The position numbers and the translations under genes are program-made. From Candidatus Lustribacter sp. (GTDB taxonomy: Bacteria; Vulcanimicrobiota; Vulcanimicrobiia; Vulcanimicrobiales; Vulcanimicrobiaceae), in the NCBI GenBank assembly GCA_965277805.1, contig OZ255842.1, positions 2,080,001 through 2,144,000 of the forward strand: 64,000 nucleotides of DNA, given 5' to 3'. Numbering within the stretch: the stretch's first letter is position 1; each line of letters opens with the position of its first letter. The notes under the pieces were generated by a model, which saw only the letters and a list, made by a program, of their open reading frames with translations, ran no database searches and was not told the DNA's origin. This document shows, piece by piece, positions 9,999 through 19,197 of this stretch.

Positions 9999-10991
9999 TT
10001 GGACACCCGACTGCGTTTGACACTCGCCGTTTGCGACTACGACCACGTACGCGATCTCACGTCGGGTTTCGTTCAGCCGGAAGGCATCGACATTCTTCCG
10101 TTCGATTTGCCGATCGAAGAGATCTTCTGGCGCCAACTCAAGTACAGCGAGTTCGACGTTACGGAACTGTCTTTTGGCATGTATACCTCGCTCGTTTCGC
10201 GTGGTAACCACGATTTTGTCGGCATACCGGTCTTCCCCTCACGCGTTTTTCGGCACGGAGCGATCTTTGTCAGGAAAGATTCCGGCCTCTCGACCCCGAG
10301 TGATTTTCGCGGCAAGCGCGTCGGGCTTGCGCAGTGGTCGCAAACGGCGGCAACGTTCGTACGAGGCATTTTTGTCGACCGCTACGATGTTCGCCTGTCA
10401 GACATCGAATGGGTGCAAGCGGGTGTGAACGATGCGGGTCGTGAGGATCCGGCGACTTTAAAACTGCCGGCCGGCATCCGGCTGACGTCCTATCCGCACC
10501 GTTCCCTCGACGAGATGATCGTCGCCGGCGATATCGACGCTATCATCAGTGCCAGGGCACCAAAAAGCGCGCTCGGGCCGAATCCAAACATCGTGCGCTT
10601 ATTCGAAAACTACGTTGAGATTGAACAGCGCTACTTCGAGGAGACCGGGATCTTCCCAATCATGCATCTTATCGCGATCAAACGTGCGACGTATGAAGCG
10701 AACCCCTGGATCGCGCGCAGCTTATATAAGGCGTTTGATCGAGCGCGTGCACGAAGCCGGGAGAGGTTGATCGATAGCACCGCCTCGCGCATCCCCGTTC
10801 CGTGGCTGCCGGACTTCGTCGGTCGCTCGGCAGCGCTACTTGGTCCGGATCCCTTCGCCTACGGCATCGAGCCGAATCGCACGACCCTCGAAGCATTCAC
10901 GCGATATGCGCACGAGCAGGGCGTAGCCCATCGTCTCCTGGCCGTCGAAGAACTCTTCGCCCCGGAAATGCAAACCGAATATCGCGTTTGA
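9999..10991 (+). CDS. 4,5-dihydroxyphthalate decarboxylase-like protein
   Basis: LAVCDYD, FDVTELS, IPVFPSRVFRHG, GIFPIMH, YGIEPNR. Confidence 0.85.
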   Translation: MDTRLRLTLAVCDYDHVRDLTSGFVQPEGIDILPFDLPIEEIFWRQLKYSEFDVTELSFGMYTSLVSRGNHDFVGIPVFPSRVFRHGAIFVRKDSGLSTPSDFRGKRVGLAQWSQTAATFVRGIFVDRYDVRLSDIEWVQAGVNDAGREDPATLKLPAGIRLTSYPHRSLDEMIVAGDIDAIISARAPKSALGPNPNIVRLFENYVEIEQRYFEETGIFPIMHLIAIKRATYEANPWIARSLYKAFDRARARSRERLIDSTASRIPVPWLPDFVGRSAALLGPDPFAYGIEPNRTTLEAFTRYAHEQGVAHRLLAVEELFAPEMQTEYRV

Positions 10992-10997
10992 CGGGAG

Positions 10998-12170
10998 TCA
11001 TTTAAGCTTACCACCCGGTTGACTCGCGGGAACGACCGTTCCGGTCGCCGGGGAATACTTCACGACGATCACGGAGTCCGGCCCCAGCCCGTGCTGGTCC
11101 CCGCTCCGAAAGTCGTACAGTCCGTTCACGCTGGCGAAGTCGTGCAGATTCTCGATATAGCTGTGAACCTGGTCGGCGGTTGCATCCGGCCCGAGTTGGT
11201 TGAAGGCCGAGACGACGATGCTGGCTGCACCCCAGACGCTAGCGATTGCCGCGGTTGGAGCCACCCCAGCCGTCTTGAGCGCGTCGGTGAAGGTCGCAAT
11301 CGCTTTTCTGACTGCCGGTGAGCCCTGCGACCCGGCGCCTTGGTAGAGGTCGCCGTCGAAGTACAGCTCTTTGGGGAGAAATGCCGCGGACTGCTCGAGC
11401 AGGGAATTGATGTTGCTGTTATTCCCGAACACCGGAACATTCAGGCCCGCATCGTGTAAGGAGCGCAGAACCGTCCCGAACGCCGGTCCGAGCGCGATGG
11501 TATACACGATTTGCGGGTTGAAGGTTTTCAACTTCTCAATTTGCGCGGAGATCGTCAAGTCAGCCGGGCTGAATCTCTCCACGTCGACGATCTGCAACGC
11601 GGGATACATCTTCAGGGTGTTGAGGATGGCAGCCGAGCCGAATTGGCCCGATGCATCCGTGGTGACCAAGAGTGCCACCCGATGGTAGCCCTTGTCGGTC
11701 ATGAATCGTCCCTGAGTGACCGCCATGACGTCGGCCGATTGCGCTGCTGAGAAGGCAAACCCGCCCTTCGGCGTCTGCAGTCCGGGCGTAAAGCAGTATT
11801 CGACCGGGCCCACGTTGCGCACCAGCGCCTCGGCCGCGGCGCACGGTCCGGTGGTGACGGGACCAAGAAACACGGGAGCGTGTTTTGCAACGATCGCGTT
11901 CACTAATTGCACGGCGACTTGCGGCGAGCTCGCATCGTCCAGGAACTCAAAATGTACGGGCCGGCCGCGGACTCCGCCGGACCGATTGACGACGGTTTCG
12001 TAGACTTGCAAGCCGGCTTTTTCTTGGGCTCCGACGTACGCGGCGGGACCCGTAAGCGACACGATCGCGTCGATCGTGAGAGCTTCATCGCTCGATGCGC
12101 TCGTCGGGGAAAGTCCCATGAGGAGCGCGAGACAGACGAGCAGCCGCAGACACTTGGAAGGCCAGTGCAT
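10998..12170 (-). CDS. ABC substrate-binding protein, PBP1/LivJ family
   Basis: Signal peptide; SLTGPAAYVG, VNRSGGVRGRPVHFEFLDD; paralogue of 2754 and 49893. Confidence 0.85.
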   Translation of the reverse strand: MHWPSKCLRLLVCLALLMGLSPTSASSDEALTIDAIVSLTGPAAYVGAQEKAGLQVYETVVNRSGGVRGRPVHFEFLDDASSPQVAVQLVNAIVAKHAPVFLGPVTTGPCAAAEALVRNVGPVEYCFTPGLQTPKGGFAFSAAQSADVMAVTQGRFMTDKGYHRVALLVTTDASGQFGSAAILNTLKMYPALQIVDVERFSPADLTISAQIEKLKTFNPQIVYTIALGPAFGTVLRSLHDAGLNVPVFGNNSNINSLLEQSAAFLPKELYFDGDLYQGAGSQGSPAVRKAIATFTDALKTAGVAPTAAIASVWGAASIVVSAFNQLGPDATADQVHSYIENLHDFASVNGLYDFRSGDQHGLGPDSVIVVKYSPATGTVVPASQPGGKLK

Positions 12171-12197
12171 ATTGTTAAAATCTCCGTCAGCGTGTTG

Positions 12198-12567
12198 CTA
12201 CGTCTTTGGTACGAGCGTAAAGTCGAACGGCATCGTAAGGAACGGCAAGGGCATGGAGAAGCGCTGAGCATCGATTTCCGTCGCCTCAATGTATGGCGCG
12301 ATCAGACCCTCTCGGACGCCGAACCCGGCATCTTTGCCGAGGAGCGGATCGCCCGCCGGGTAAATCGCGGATACGACCGTCTCGTAACCGTCTGCCCGGA
12401 GCATGGCGTGAATATGCGCCGGTCGCCCGGCCTTACGTCCCATCGCCCGAAGCATCTCACCGACGGTTTCTGTCGCTTGGCGCGTTTTCAACCGTCGCCA
12501 GCACGAGCCTCAGGGCGCTCTCTTCATTGAAATCGACGATGCCGGCGCTCGTTGTGGAAGCACTCAT
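12198..12567 (-). pseudogene. Internally deleted intradiol (hydroxyquinol/catechol 1,2-) dioxygenase
   Basis: ATG 12567 gives an N-terminal piece (MSASTTSAGIVDFNEESALRLVLATVENAP) joined out of frame to a C-terminal piece (VGEMLRAMGRKAGRPAHIH...GDPLLGKDAGFGVREGLI...FDFTL). Confidence 0.8.
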
Positions 12568-12570
12568 TTT

Positions 12571-13590
12571 TTATCCCTTAGAAGCTTCTGCGTACACGCG
12601 TAAGTAGTCGAGCACGACCTCTTTCGTGCGCGTGCGCGCGATACCGCACTCGGTGGAGATGCCGAAGCGTCCGACGTACTGCCGGGCGGCTTGCATGCGA
12701 GCCTTCGTGCCAGAAATGCCGTCGCTCGCGTGAACGAGCCCGAGAAACAATTCGGTCTCGGCCGGTAGGGCGAGATCGCGGAGCGGCGCAAAATAGGCAT
12801 CGTCCGTGCGGCCAGCCGGAACGGGCATGTGGATGTAGCTGATCGGGCGTGGCACCGCGCGCAGCAACAGCCCGGCCATCGACGCGAGCCGTTCGGTATC
12901 GCGCGGTTCGATGAAATGCTTGCCTTTATGATCGCCGTAGCACAAATGAAAGCCGAGACCAACGTCAGTTGGAACCGCCCCGCCGAGTCTTCCGAATGCT
13001 GCCGTTAGGCGATCTTCCAAATCGGGCGTCGCCGGCATGCGTGCCCAACCGCCGTCCCACATCAGCATCTCCATGCACACATCCCACTGAATCAACAGAT
13101 CCTCGTGCGGAATGGCCGCGCAGATCGTCTCGACTTCGCGTAGCATTGCGCGTTCGTATGCCGGCAAGATCACCGGCACCGCTTCACGCGCACAGTAGAC
13201 GACGACCACCGCCGTGGGCGTCGGCAGCGACACTTGAAAGCGGATCGACGGCGCTATGAGGCCTGCCGAGCGGGCTTTGAGAAAATCGACGTACGAGGTG
13301 CGCGCTTCGCGCGCGTACCCGAGTTCACCGAACCGGACGTCTTCGGGCGCGACATCCGGCGCAAGCGAAACGGCAGGGAACGCGCTTACCTGTTCGACCG
13401 GCGCGTCGTTCCTCAAGTACGGGTTTGAGGCGAGAACGGGATATTGCCAGAGGATCCAATGCCGCCGGCCACCCGGTTCGCCGTCCGGGATACTGCGCAA
13501 GTTCGAGCCGAGCATCGAGCCGATCGTCGCGAAGACGTCGTCGACCGTATCCAAGCCCACGCTGCCGACGAAGTGCACCGGATACGCCAT
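12571..13590 (-). CDS. URO-D/cobalamin-independent methionine synthase-fold protein
   Basis: HFVGSV, IPDGEPGGR, RFQVSLPTP, IQWDVC, GFHLCYGD, STECG; ATG 13590 with GGAG RBS. Confidence 0.7.
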   Translation of the reverse strand: MAYPVHFVGSVGLDTVDDVFATIGSMLGSNLRSIPDGEPGGRRHWILWQYPVLASNPYLRNDAPVEQVSAFPAVSLAPDVAPEDVRFGELGYAREARTSYVDFLKARSAGLIAPSIRFQVSLPTPTAVVVVYCAREAVPVILPAYERAMLREVETICAAIPHEDLLIQWDVCMEMLMWDGGWARMPATPDLEDRLTAAFGRLGGAVPTDVGLGFHLCYGDHKGKHFIEPRDTERLASMAGLLLRAVPRPISYIHMPVPAGRTDDAYFAPLRDLALPAETELFLGLVHASDGISGTKARMQAARQYVGRFGISTECGIARTRTKEVVLDYLRVYAEASKG

Positions 13591-13600
13591 GTTGTACTCC

Positions 13601-14809
13601 TTAATCCGTGCCGGTAATCGGCAGCAGGCCTTCGGGTCGAACGAACGACCGCAGCGGACGCCCTTCCGCCAGGGCCTTGAGCTCCGTGCTCCACAGCTTA
13701 CGCATCGCGATGATAGCGACGTCGGAACGTCCGAGGTGCTCGACGCCTTTGCGCCGGTCAGCGATGCGCCCCTGACCGGTTTGACAGACGTCGTCTTGCG
13801 CCATCGCAACATGGTGACAGAGCTGCGCCATGTCGTCGTAGCCGATGTCGCCGCGCAACACGGCCTGAGCTGCGACATGCGCCTCTTCCTCCGCGTTCGC
13901 AAACTGTTTCCAGCGCTCGGCGTATGCCGGATCGACCGTATCGCCATGAAGATGAACATTAATGAGACGCAATTCGAGGGTGCTTTCGTCGTCGATCGGC
14001 ACGCGATAGGCTAGGAAATCTTGCCAGGCAACCTCCGCCCGGTTCACTTTCTCCTCACCAGGCTTTTGAATATTGTCGGGATGGACAGTGAAGAGGCCGA
14101 TATTCGGCATGCCGAAAAGCACCTCGCGTTTGTGGCCATGGCGCGTGGCGATGCATTTCATGCCCCACGGGGTTTCCTCGGCCGCGATCTCGGGCAGCTG
14201 ATCGAAGTAGACTTTGGTGAACACCGATGTCCGGTGCGTGAACGCGAGATGGCCCTCGTCCATGAAGTTTTCCACGCACTGAAAGAAATTGCAAGCGCGC
14301 ACGCTCATGAGCGGCATGACGAGCTTTCCCCGCTCCCATTCGGGATACCGCGGAAACTCGGGCGGGTCGCCGCCGCCGAAGTACGCATAGATCAAACCGA
14401 GGTAATCGCGCGCGGGATAGCCGCCGATCTTGACGCGCTGCGCGTAGGTGCTGTCGGGCCCCTCGAGCGGCTGCTCGACGCATTGACCGTTCGCTTCGAA
14501 TTTCCAGCCATGGTACGGACATCGAATGCAGTCGCCTTCCACCCAGCCGGCGTTGAGTTGCGTTCCACGATGCGCGCAGGCTTGGTCGACACAGTGAATG
14601 TCGCCCGACTCGCCGCGGTAGAGCGCGTAGTTCTCACCCATGATGCGCAACGGACGCGCGCGCCCGGGCGCTACGCTCTCACTCAAAGCCACCGGATGCC
14701 AGAACGTGCGCATGTAGCGTCCCGCGATCGTACCGGGGCCGGTGTGGGCGAAATCGACGCCCTCGCCGGCGTCATTTACGGAGGCAGTTCCGGAGAGAGT
14801 GGTCGTCAT
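13601..14809 (-). CDS. Rieske non-heme iron oxygenase alpha subunit (phthalate 4,5-dioxygenase/LigXa-like), module 1
   Basis: CAHRG...CPYHG Rieske ligands; ENFMDEGHLAFTH iron site; TGPGTIAGRYMRTFWHPV. Confidence 0.92.
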   Translation of the reverse strand: MTTTLSGTASVNDAGEGVDFAHTGPGTIAGRYMRTFWHPVALSESVAPGRARPLRIMGENYALYRGESGDIHCVDQACAHRGTQLNAGWVEGDCIRCPYHGWKFEANGQCVEQPLEGPDSTYAQRVKIGGYPARDYLGLIYAYFGGGDPPEFPRYPEWERGKLVMPLMSVRACNFFQCVENFMDEGHLAFTHRTSVFTKVYFDQLPEIAAEETPWGMKCIATRHGHKREVLFGMPNIGLFTVHPDNIQKPGEEKVNRAEVAWQDFLAYRVPIDDESTLELRLINVHLHGDTVDPAYAERWKQFANAEEEAHVAAQAVLRGDIGYDDMAQLCHHVAMAQDDVCQTGQGRIADRRKGVEHLGRSDVAIIAMRKLWSTELKALAEGRPLRSFVRPEGLLPITGTD

Positions 14810-15810
14810 GAATACTCCTTACTTCGCGATTGAGCCAACGCGGCGCGTGCGATCTCTTCGTCTTCTTCGGCCGAGCGCGCTCCGGCGATCCCGAGCGCTC
14901 CCGCGACGCAACCAATTGCGTCAATGGTCGGCAGACCACCGGCAACGGCTAGAAAGGGAAAGCGAGCGAGACGCCCATACCCGGCTGCGTCCGCCGTCCA
15001 TGGACCTTCCGCGCCGCTGGGCGCTTGCAGGTTCACCGCTGTTGCCGCTTTGGCTTCTGCCAGATCCACCGTGATCGGCGCGGCGGAATCCATCCGGTCG
15101 AGCTGCACCAGATCGCCGTTACGGTCCGCGACCGCAGCACTGATGCGAACGCCTCGGCGCTGCGCTTCCGAAAACGCGGCGTCGACGACGGCCAGTGCCC
15201 AGGTCAGACGCTGCTGCTCGCGCGCCGGCGGCGGAGCGCTCAGACCCGTTCCGGAAGGCAGTGGATCGTACCGATTACCGTACGCCTTGCGCCAGCGCTC
15301 GAGATCGTCGCCGTGCTGTGGCGCATAATGATCCAGGCCGATCGCGTAGGAGATGATGAGGTCGATTGCATTCGCGGGCCGGCCTTCGACCAGAAACTTC
15401 TCCGGATCGACGCCGGGGGAACTGACCTCGGGCGGGATATCCGCTGCGGACGACATCGCTCCCACGTGCGCACCGTTGCGCGTGATCGGCATCGCGCCCG
15501 GTCCGGGGAAGCAGCGGTCGCGCAAGATGTCTTGATAGGCGGCGAAAACGCTCGGCGGCCGGCCGTAGATCCGTGCGGCGAAGCGGGCCGATGTTTCGCG
15601 GTTGGCCGCCGCCTCGTACGCCTTCGCGCGCGAGATGCCCATGCTGATCGATCCGGCGCCATCCATCCGCGACGCCGAAATGACGATGCCGCCCTCGTTG
15701 ACCACGACGAATGCGCCGCGCTGTCCGACGTCCTCGGCCTTGTCGACGGCACGCCGGAGCAGTTCACGCGCGTCGGCGAGCGAGAGCAGTGGAGCTTCGA
15801 ACCCCGTCAT
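14806..15810 (-). CDS. Tandem GlcG/HbpS-domain protein, module 1
   Basis: Two repeats of VV-D/N-xxG...RMDxA...AKA...GG/GA-LP; ATG 15810 coupled to the upstream stop. Confidence 0.8.
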   Translation of the reverse strand: MTGFEAPLLSLADARELLRRAVDKAEDVGQRGAFVVVNEGGIVISASRMDGAGSISMGISRAKAYEAAANRETSARFAARIYGRPPSVFAAYQDILRDRCFPGPGAMPITRNGAHVGAMSSAADIPPEVSSPGVDPEKFLVEGRPANAIDLIISYAIGLDHYAPQHGDDLERWRKAYGNRYDPLPSGTGLSAPPPAREQQRLTWALAVVDAAFSEAQRRGVRISAAVADRNGDLVQLDRMDSAAPITVDLAEAKAATAVNLQAPSGAEGPWTADAAGYGRLARFPFLAVAGGLPTIDAIGCVAGALGIAGARSAEEDEEIARAALAQSRSKEYS

Positions 15811-16412
15811 ACAAACGAACACGAGTCTTGGAATTCCAACCGAGGTAGCCGTCCGAACAACATATCCGGGTTACCGAATCCGACCGAACACAAGAAGTTC
15901 GAGCGATACGACGTGCCGGCCAAGAATGCTCGGTCGACGGCCTCGTGGTCGAATCCCGAGAGCGGCCCGCAATCGAGCCCCAGCGCACGCGCAGCGACGA
16001 TGAAATATGCACCCTGCAGGGTGGAATTGCGAAATGCCGTCGCTTCCGCGTACCCAGTGTCGTCCGCGTAATGGCCGCGCATGTCTTTGTGTGGAAAGAG
16101 CCGCGGCAGATGGTCGAAGAATCGCTCGTCGTAGGCGACGATCGCCGTTACAGGGGCGGACAGCACTTTCGGCTTGTTACCGGGGCTGACAGCCTCGGCC
16201 AGTTGCGCCTTCGCTTGAGCACTGCGCACAAAGATGAAGCGCGCCGGCTGCGAGTTCGTACTCGTGGGTCCGAGCTGGGCCAACCCGATCACCGCTCGGA
16301 GCAGCGCCTCGTCGACCTCCTTCGGCAACCAGCCGTTGTGGCTGCGCGCGGCCCGGAAGATCAAATCGAGACCCTGGTCGTCCAGGGCCCGACGATCGCA
16401 TTCGATATCCAT
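15807..16412 (-). CDS. rutE: Nitroreductase family, RutE-like malonic semialdehyde reductase
   Basis: ARSHNGW, GPTSTNSQPARFIFV, TAFRNSTLQGAY, GLDCGPLSGFD, SNFLCSVG, RLPRLEF. Confidence 0.8.
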   Translation of the reverse strand: MDIECDRRALDDQGLDLIFRAARSHNGWLPKEVDEALLRAVIGLAQLGPTSTNSQPARFIFVRSAQAKAQLAEAVSPGNKPKVLSAPVTAIVAYDERFFDHLPRLFPHKDMRGHYADDTGYAEATAFRNSTLQGAYFIVAARALGLDCGPLSGFDHEAVDRAFLAGTSYRSNFLCSVGFGNPDMLFGRLPRLEFQDSCSFV

Positions 16413-16435
16413 TAGCGCCTTCGCAGGTTCCTTTG

Positions 16436-16475
16436 TTTGAAGAATTTGTCTTTCAAGAATGTGTGTTTGAAGGTA
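16436..16475. promoter_or_regulatory. Candidate MarR operator in the divergent promoter
   Basis: TTTGAAGAAT/TTTCAAGAAT/TTTGAAGGTA at 15-bp spacing, forming TTGAA-N10-TTCAA and TTCAA-N10-TTGAA inverted repeats. Confidence 0.5.
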
Positions 16476-16525
16476 CTATGCATCTCGCGAGCCGAAACGT
16501 CAACCCTTCTCTAGGGGGTTATGCA

Positions 16526-17110
16526 GTGAAACCGCGGGACCACATCGACCTTGTGCGTAGGGCGGCGGGCATGCCGTCGTCCGACACGACGACGGTCGAA
16601 ATTACCAGCCGCCTTTTCCGGTTGTGCGCGCACTACGATCAACTCGTGTCGCCGCTCTACGCACGCCGCGGGCTGACGCGCGTCGAGCTGGATCTGCTTT
16701 GGGCGCTCGAACGCGCAGGCGATACGCCGCTGACGCCGACCAAGCTGGCGGCGCGGCAAATGTGCGCCTCGGGCACCCTCAGCAATCGCCTCGAAAAATT
16801 GGAGCGGCTGGGCCTGCTCACGCGTCAGGCGGATCCATCCGACCGGCGCGGCGTCCTGCTTGAGATCACCGAGCACGGCCGCACGATCGTCAACGAACTC
16901 AACGCGGCGCGCGAACGTATCGATGCACTTCTAATCCCCGGCCTGACCGTCGCGCAACGGCGCGCATTGGTGGACCTGCTGCGGACATCGCTCATTGCGG
17001 CCGAACAGATCGCGCAGCTGGAAACGGCGAGCGAGACGCCACCGTCCTCCGATGAAGAATCATCTGCACCGCAGCCAGCGCCGCTGCGCCGGACGCGTGC
17101 GGCCCGCTAA
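16526..17110 (+). CDS. MarR family regulator
   Basis: LTPTKLA, SGTLSNRLEKLERLGLLTRQADPSDRRGVLLEITEHG; GTG 16526 after AGGGGG. Confidence 0.9.
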   Translation: MKPRDHIDLVRRAAGMPSSDTTTVEITSRLFRLCAHYDQLVSPLYARRGLTRVELDLLWALERAGDTPLTPTKLAARQMCASGTLSNRLEKLERLGLLTRQADPSDRRGVLLEITEHGRTIVNELNAARERIDALLIPGLTVAQRRALVDLLRTSLIAAEQIAQLETASETPPSSDEESSAPQPAPLRRTRAAR

Positions 17111-17143
17111 CATTTCTGCAAACCGCTGTAAGGAAAGGCCCTG

Positions 17144-17527
17144 ATGCAGGTTACCAAAGACGATGTCATGCAAGCCAGCAAAGGCATGCTACAGAAGCAA
17201 TTCTACGTCGTGTTCAGTACGCCGACGAATGGGATTGGTCCCGTGATGGAAAACCTCGAGGCACACCTCGCGCACCAATGCAAGATCGAGGCGGACGGAA
17301 TCATGGTGGCGGCCGGCCCGTACTGGACCGATGACGAGAAGCAATGGGAAGGCGAGGGCATGTTCGTCATTCGTGCGCGATCCCTCGCGCATGCGAAGGA
17401 ACTTGCGGCGAGCGACCCGATGCACAAATGCGGAGCGCGGTCGTTCGTCGTCCGGCCATGGATGGTGAATGAAGGCGGCCTCACTATCCGGCTCACGTTC
17501 TCGGACGGGAAATTCGTTCTTGAGTAA
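17144..17527 (+). CDS. YciI family protein, module 1
   Basis: HLAHQ, AAGP, GMFVIRA, SDPMHKCGARSF; AAGGAAAGG RBS. Confidence 0.85.
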   Translation: MQVTKDDVMQASKGMLQKQFYVVFSTPTNGIGPVMENLEAHLAHQCKIEADGIMVAAGPYWTDDEKQWEGEGMFVIRARSLAHAKELAASDPMHKCGARSFVVRPWMVNEGGLTIRLTFSDGKFVLE

Positions 17528-17573
17528 CGACGTTCCTGAACGGTCTTCTCGCAGCGCCTCGGAGTTCTACTGA

Positions 17574-18764
17574 ATGCCGTCACTAGCGAAGCTCTCGGAG
17601 TCCACTCGCAACTCCGTTTTGACCCTGCCGGTCGACCTCCACGAGTCGAGCCCGTTCACGCGGCCCAAGAAGCCACTCAGCCAATCGCGGGTCGCGATCG
17701 TCACGACGGCCGGATTACACCGCCGCGACGACCGGCCGTTTACCGGCGGGGATCCGACCTTCCGAGCCATACCCTCAGGAACGCCGGCGTCAGAGATCGT
17801 GCAAAGCCACACCAGCATCGGGTTCGACCGGACCGCCGTGCTCGAGGACATCAACGTCGTTTTTCCGATCGAGCGGTTGCGCGAGATGCTTTCGGCGGGT
17901 CGCATCGGGGAGTTGGCGCCGACCTTCTATTCGTTCATGGGCGCGCAGCGTGACTGGTCACCGATCAGGGAGCGAACGGGACCCGAAGTTGCGAACCTGT
18001 TGGTCGGCGATGGTGTCGACGTCGTCTTACTTACACCAACTTGACCACTTTGCACGAACACGGTCAGTGTTCTCTCACGGGTCTTGGAAGAAAACGGGCT
18101 CACGACGGTCGCTTTGAGTCTGATCCGCGAACACACGGAAAAAGTGAAGCCTCCGCGCGCCGTGTACGTTCCCTTTCCGTTGGGTCTGCCGGTCGGTCAT
18201 CCCGGAAACGTTTCCGAACAGGAGGCCGTCTTGGACTTGGCATTTTCCACTCTCGATGCCGCCAGCGGCCCCGTGCTGCTCGACTATCGCGATGACTCGG
18301 CAGCCGAGGAGGCCGGCTCGCCGCTTCAGGCCTCCGACGTCGATGCGGACGAGCAGGCTCGGACGGCTGACTTCGCTACGGAAGTGACGTTGATGCGGCG
18401 CTATTGGGAGCAGCACGTCGCGGCGACCGGCCGCACCGGCGTCGGCTTATCGAACGTCCCGCCGCAGCGGTTCCGCGGCGTCGTGCGGTTTCTCGAAGCT
18501 CTTCTCACCGATCAAACGGCCGACTCGGACGAACGGCCGGCGGAGGTGCCGAGACCGCTGTTCATCCGGACGTGCCTCGAGGACCTACGCGTGATGTACA
18601 GTGAAGCGCGCTTGCAAACGCATCCACATGAGTCAAGTCAAGACCGGCAACGTTGGTTGCTCGGCTCGACCGCGCTCGGGCTCATGCTGCGCAGCCTGCG
18701 CGATACCTTCGACGCCTCGACCGATCCGCAGTTCAAAGCGCTCGCCTTCGGTATCGCGCGCTGA
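17574..18764 (+). CDS. GrdB/PrdB-like selenoprotein (396 aa, Sec157 in a UPLC motif, C-terminal extension)
   Basis: ORFs 17574..18044 and 18084..18764 are in one frame separated only by TGA 18042-18044; read-through gives VVLLTPT-U-PLCTNTVSVLSRVLEENGLTT, aligning with LVLLLPF-C-PACHRATGLVARALEARGLPT in the paralogue at 26580; RVAIVTTAG, GDPTFR, DINVVFPIERL, KPPR, PFPLG motifs. Confidence 0.85.
18056..18072 (+). promoter_or_regulatory. Candidate bacterial SECIS element
   Basis: GAACAC-GGTCA-GTGTTC: perfect 6-bp stem, 5-nt loop starting GG, beginning 11 nt after the in-frame UGA. Confidence 0.75.
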
Positions 18765-18768
18765 TTCG

Positions 18769-19152
18769 ATGGAAGAACAGGAGCGGTTCTCATCCTTACA
18801 CACATGGGCACGGCGCGCGGGAGACGTCGTGACGGTCGGTATCAGCGCCTACGCCGAACATCAATTGGGTGAGCTGCAATACGTCGGTCTACCGCGCGTC
18901 GGCTCTGCCGTTGTGAAAGACCAGTGCTTCGGTGAGGCTGAATCGACGAAGACCGTTTCCGACCTCTACGCTCCGTGCAGCGGCACCGTCGTTGCGGTCA
19001 ACTCCGAACTCATTGCCGATCCTGCGCTGGTCAATCGCGATCCGTATGGCGCGGGGTGGATAATACTGGTTGAGCCGTCGCAGCCCGGGGAATTCCACGA
19101 ATTGCTCGACCAGCCGGCGTACGACGCGTTCGTCGCCACGCAGGAGCATTGA
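18769..19152 (+). CDS. gcvH: Glycine cleavage H-type lipoyl carrier protein (standalone)
   Basis: VGISAYAEHQLG, AESTKTVSDLYAP (lipoyl Lys), VNRDPYGAGW. Confidence 0.9.
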   Translation: MEEQERFSSLHTWARRAGDVVTVGISAYAEHQLGELQYVGLPRVGSAVVKDQCFGEAESTKTVSDLYAPCSGTVVAVNSELIADPALVNRDPYGAGWIILVEPSQPGEFHELLDQPAYDAFVATQEH

Positions 19153-19197
19153 GGCATCCAAGCTATGCTTTCAACCTAAGATGATAAGCGAGGGGGC

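Noticed and set aside
18042-18044. Treating the TGA as a nonsense mutation or as the boundary of two genes
   Set aside because: It aligns with the first Cys of the paralogue's CxxC and is followed by a SECIS-like hairpin; the intervening 13 codons are homologous coding sequence
18769-19152. Complete glycine cleavage system or Stickland glycine/proline reductase
   Set aside because: No gcvP/T/L, grdA/C/D/E or prdA recognised in the window
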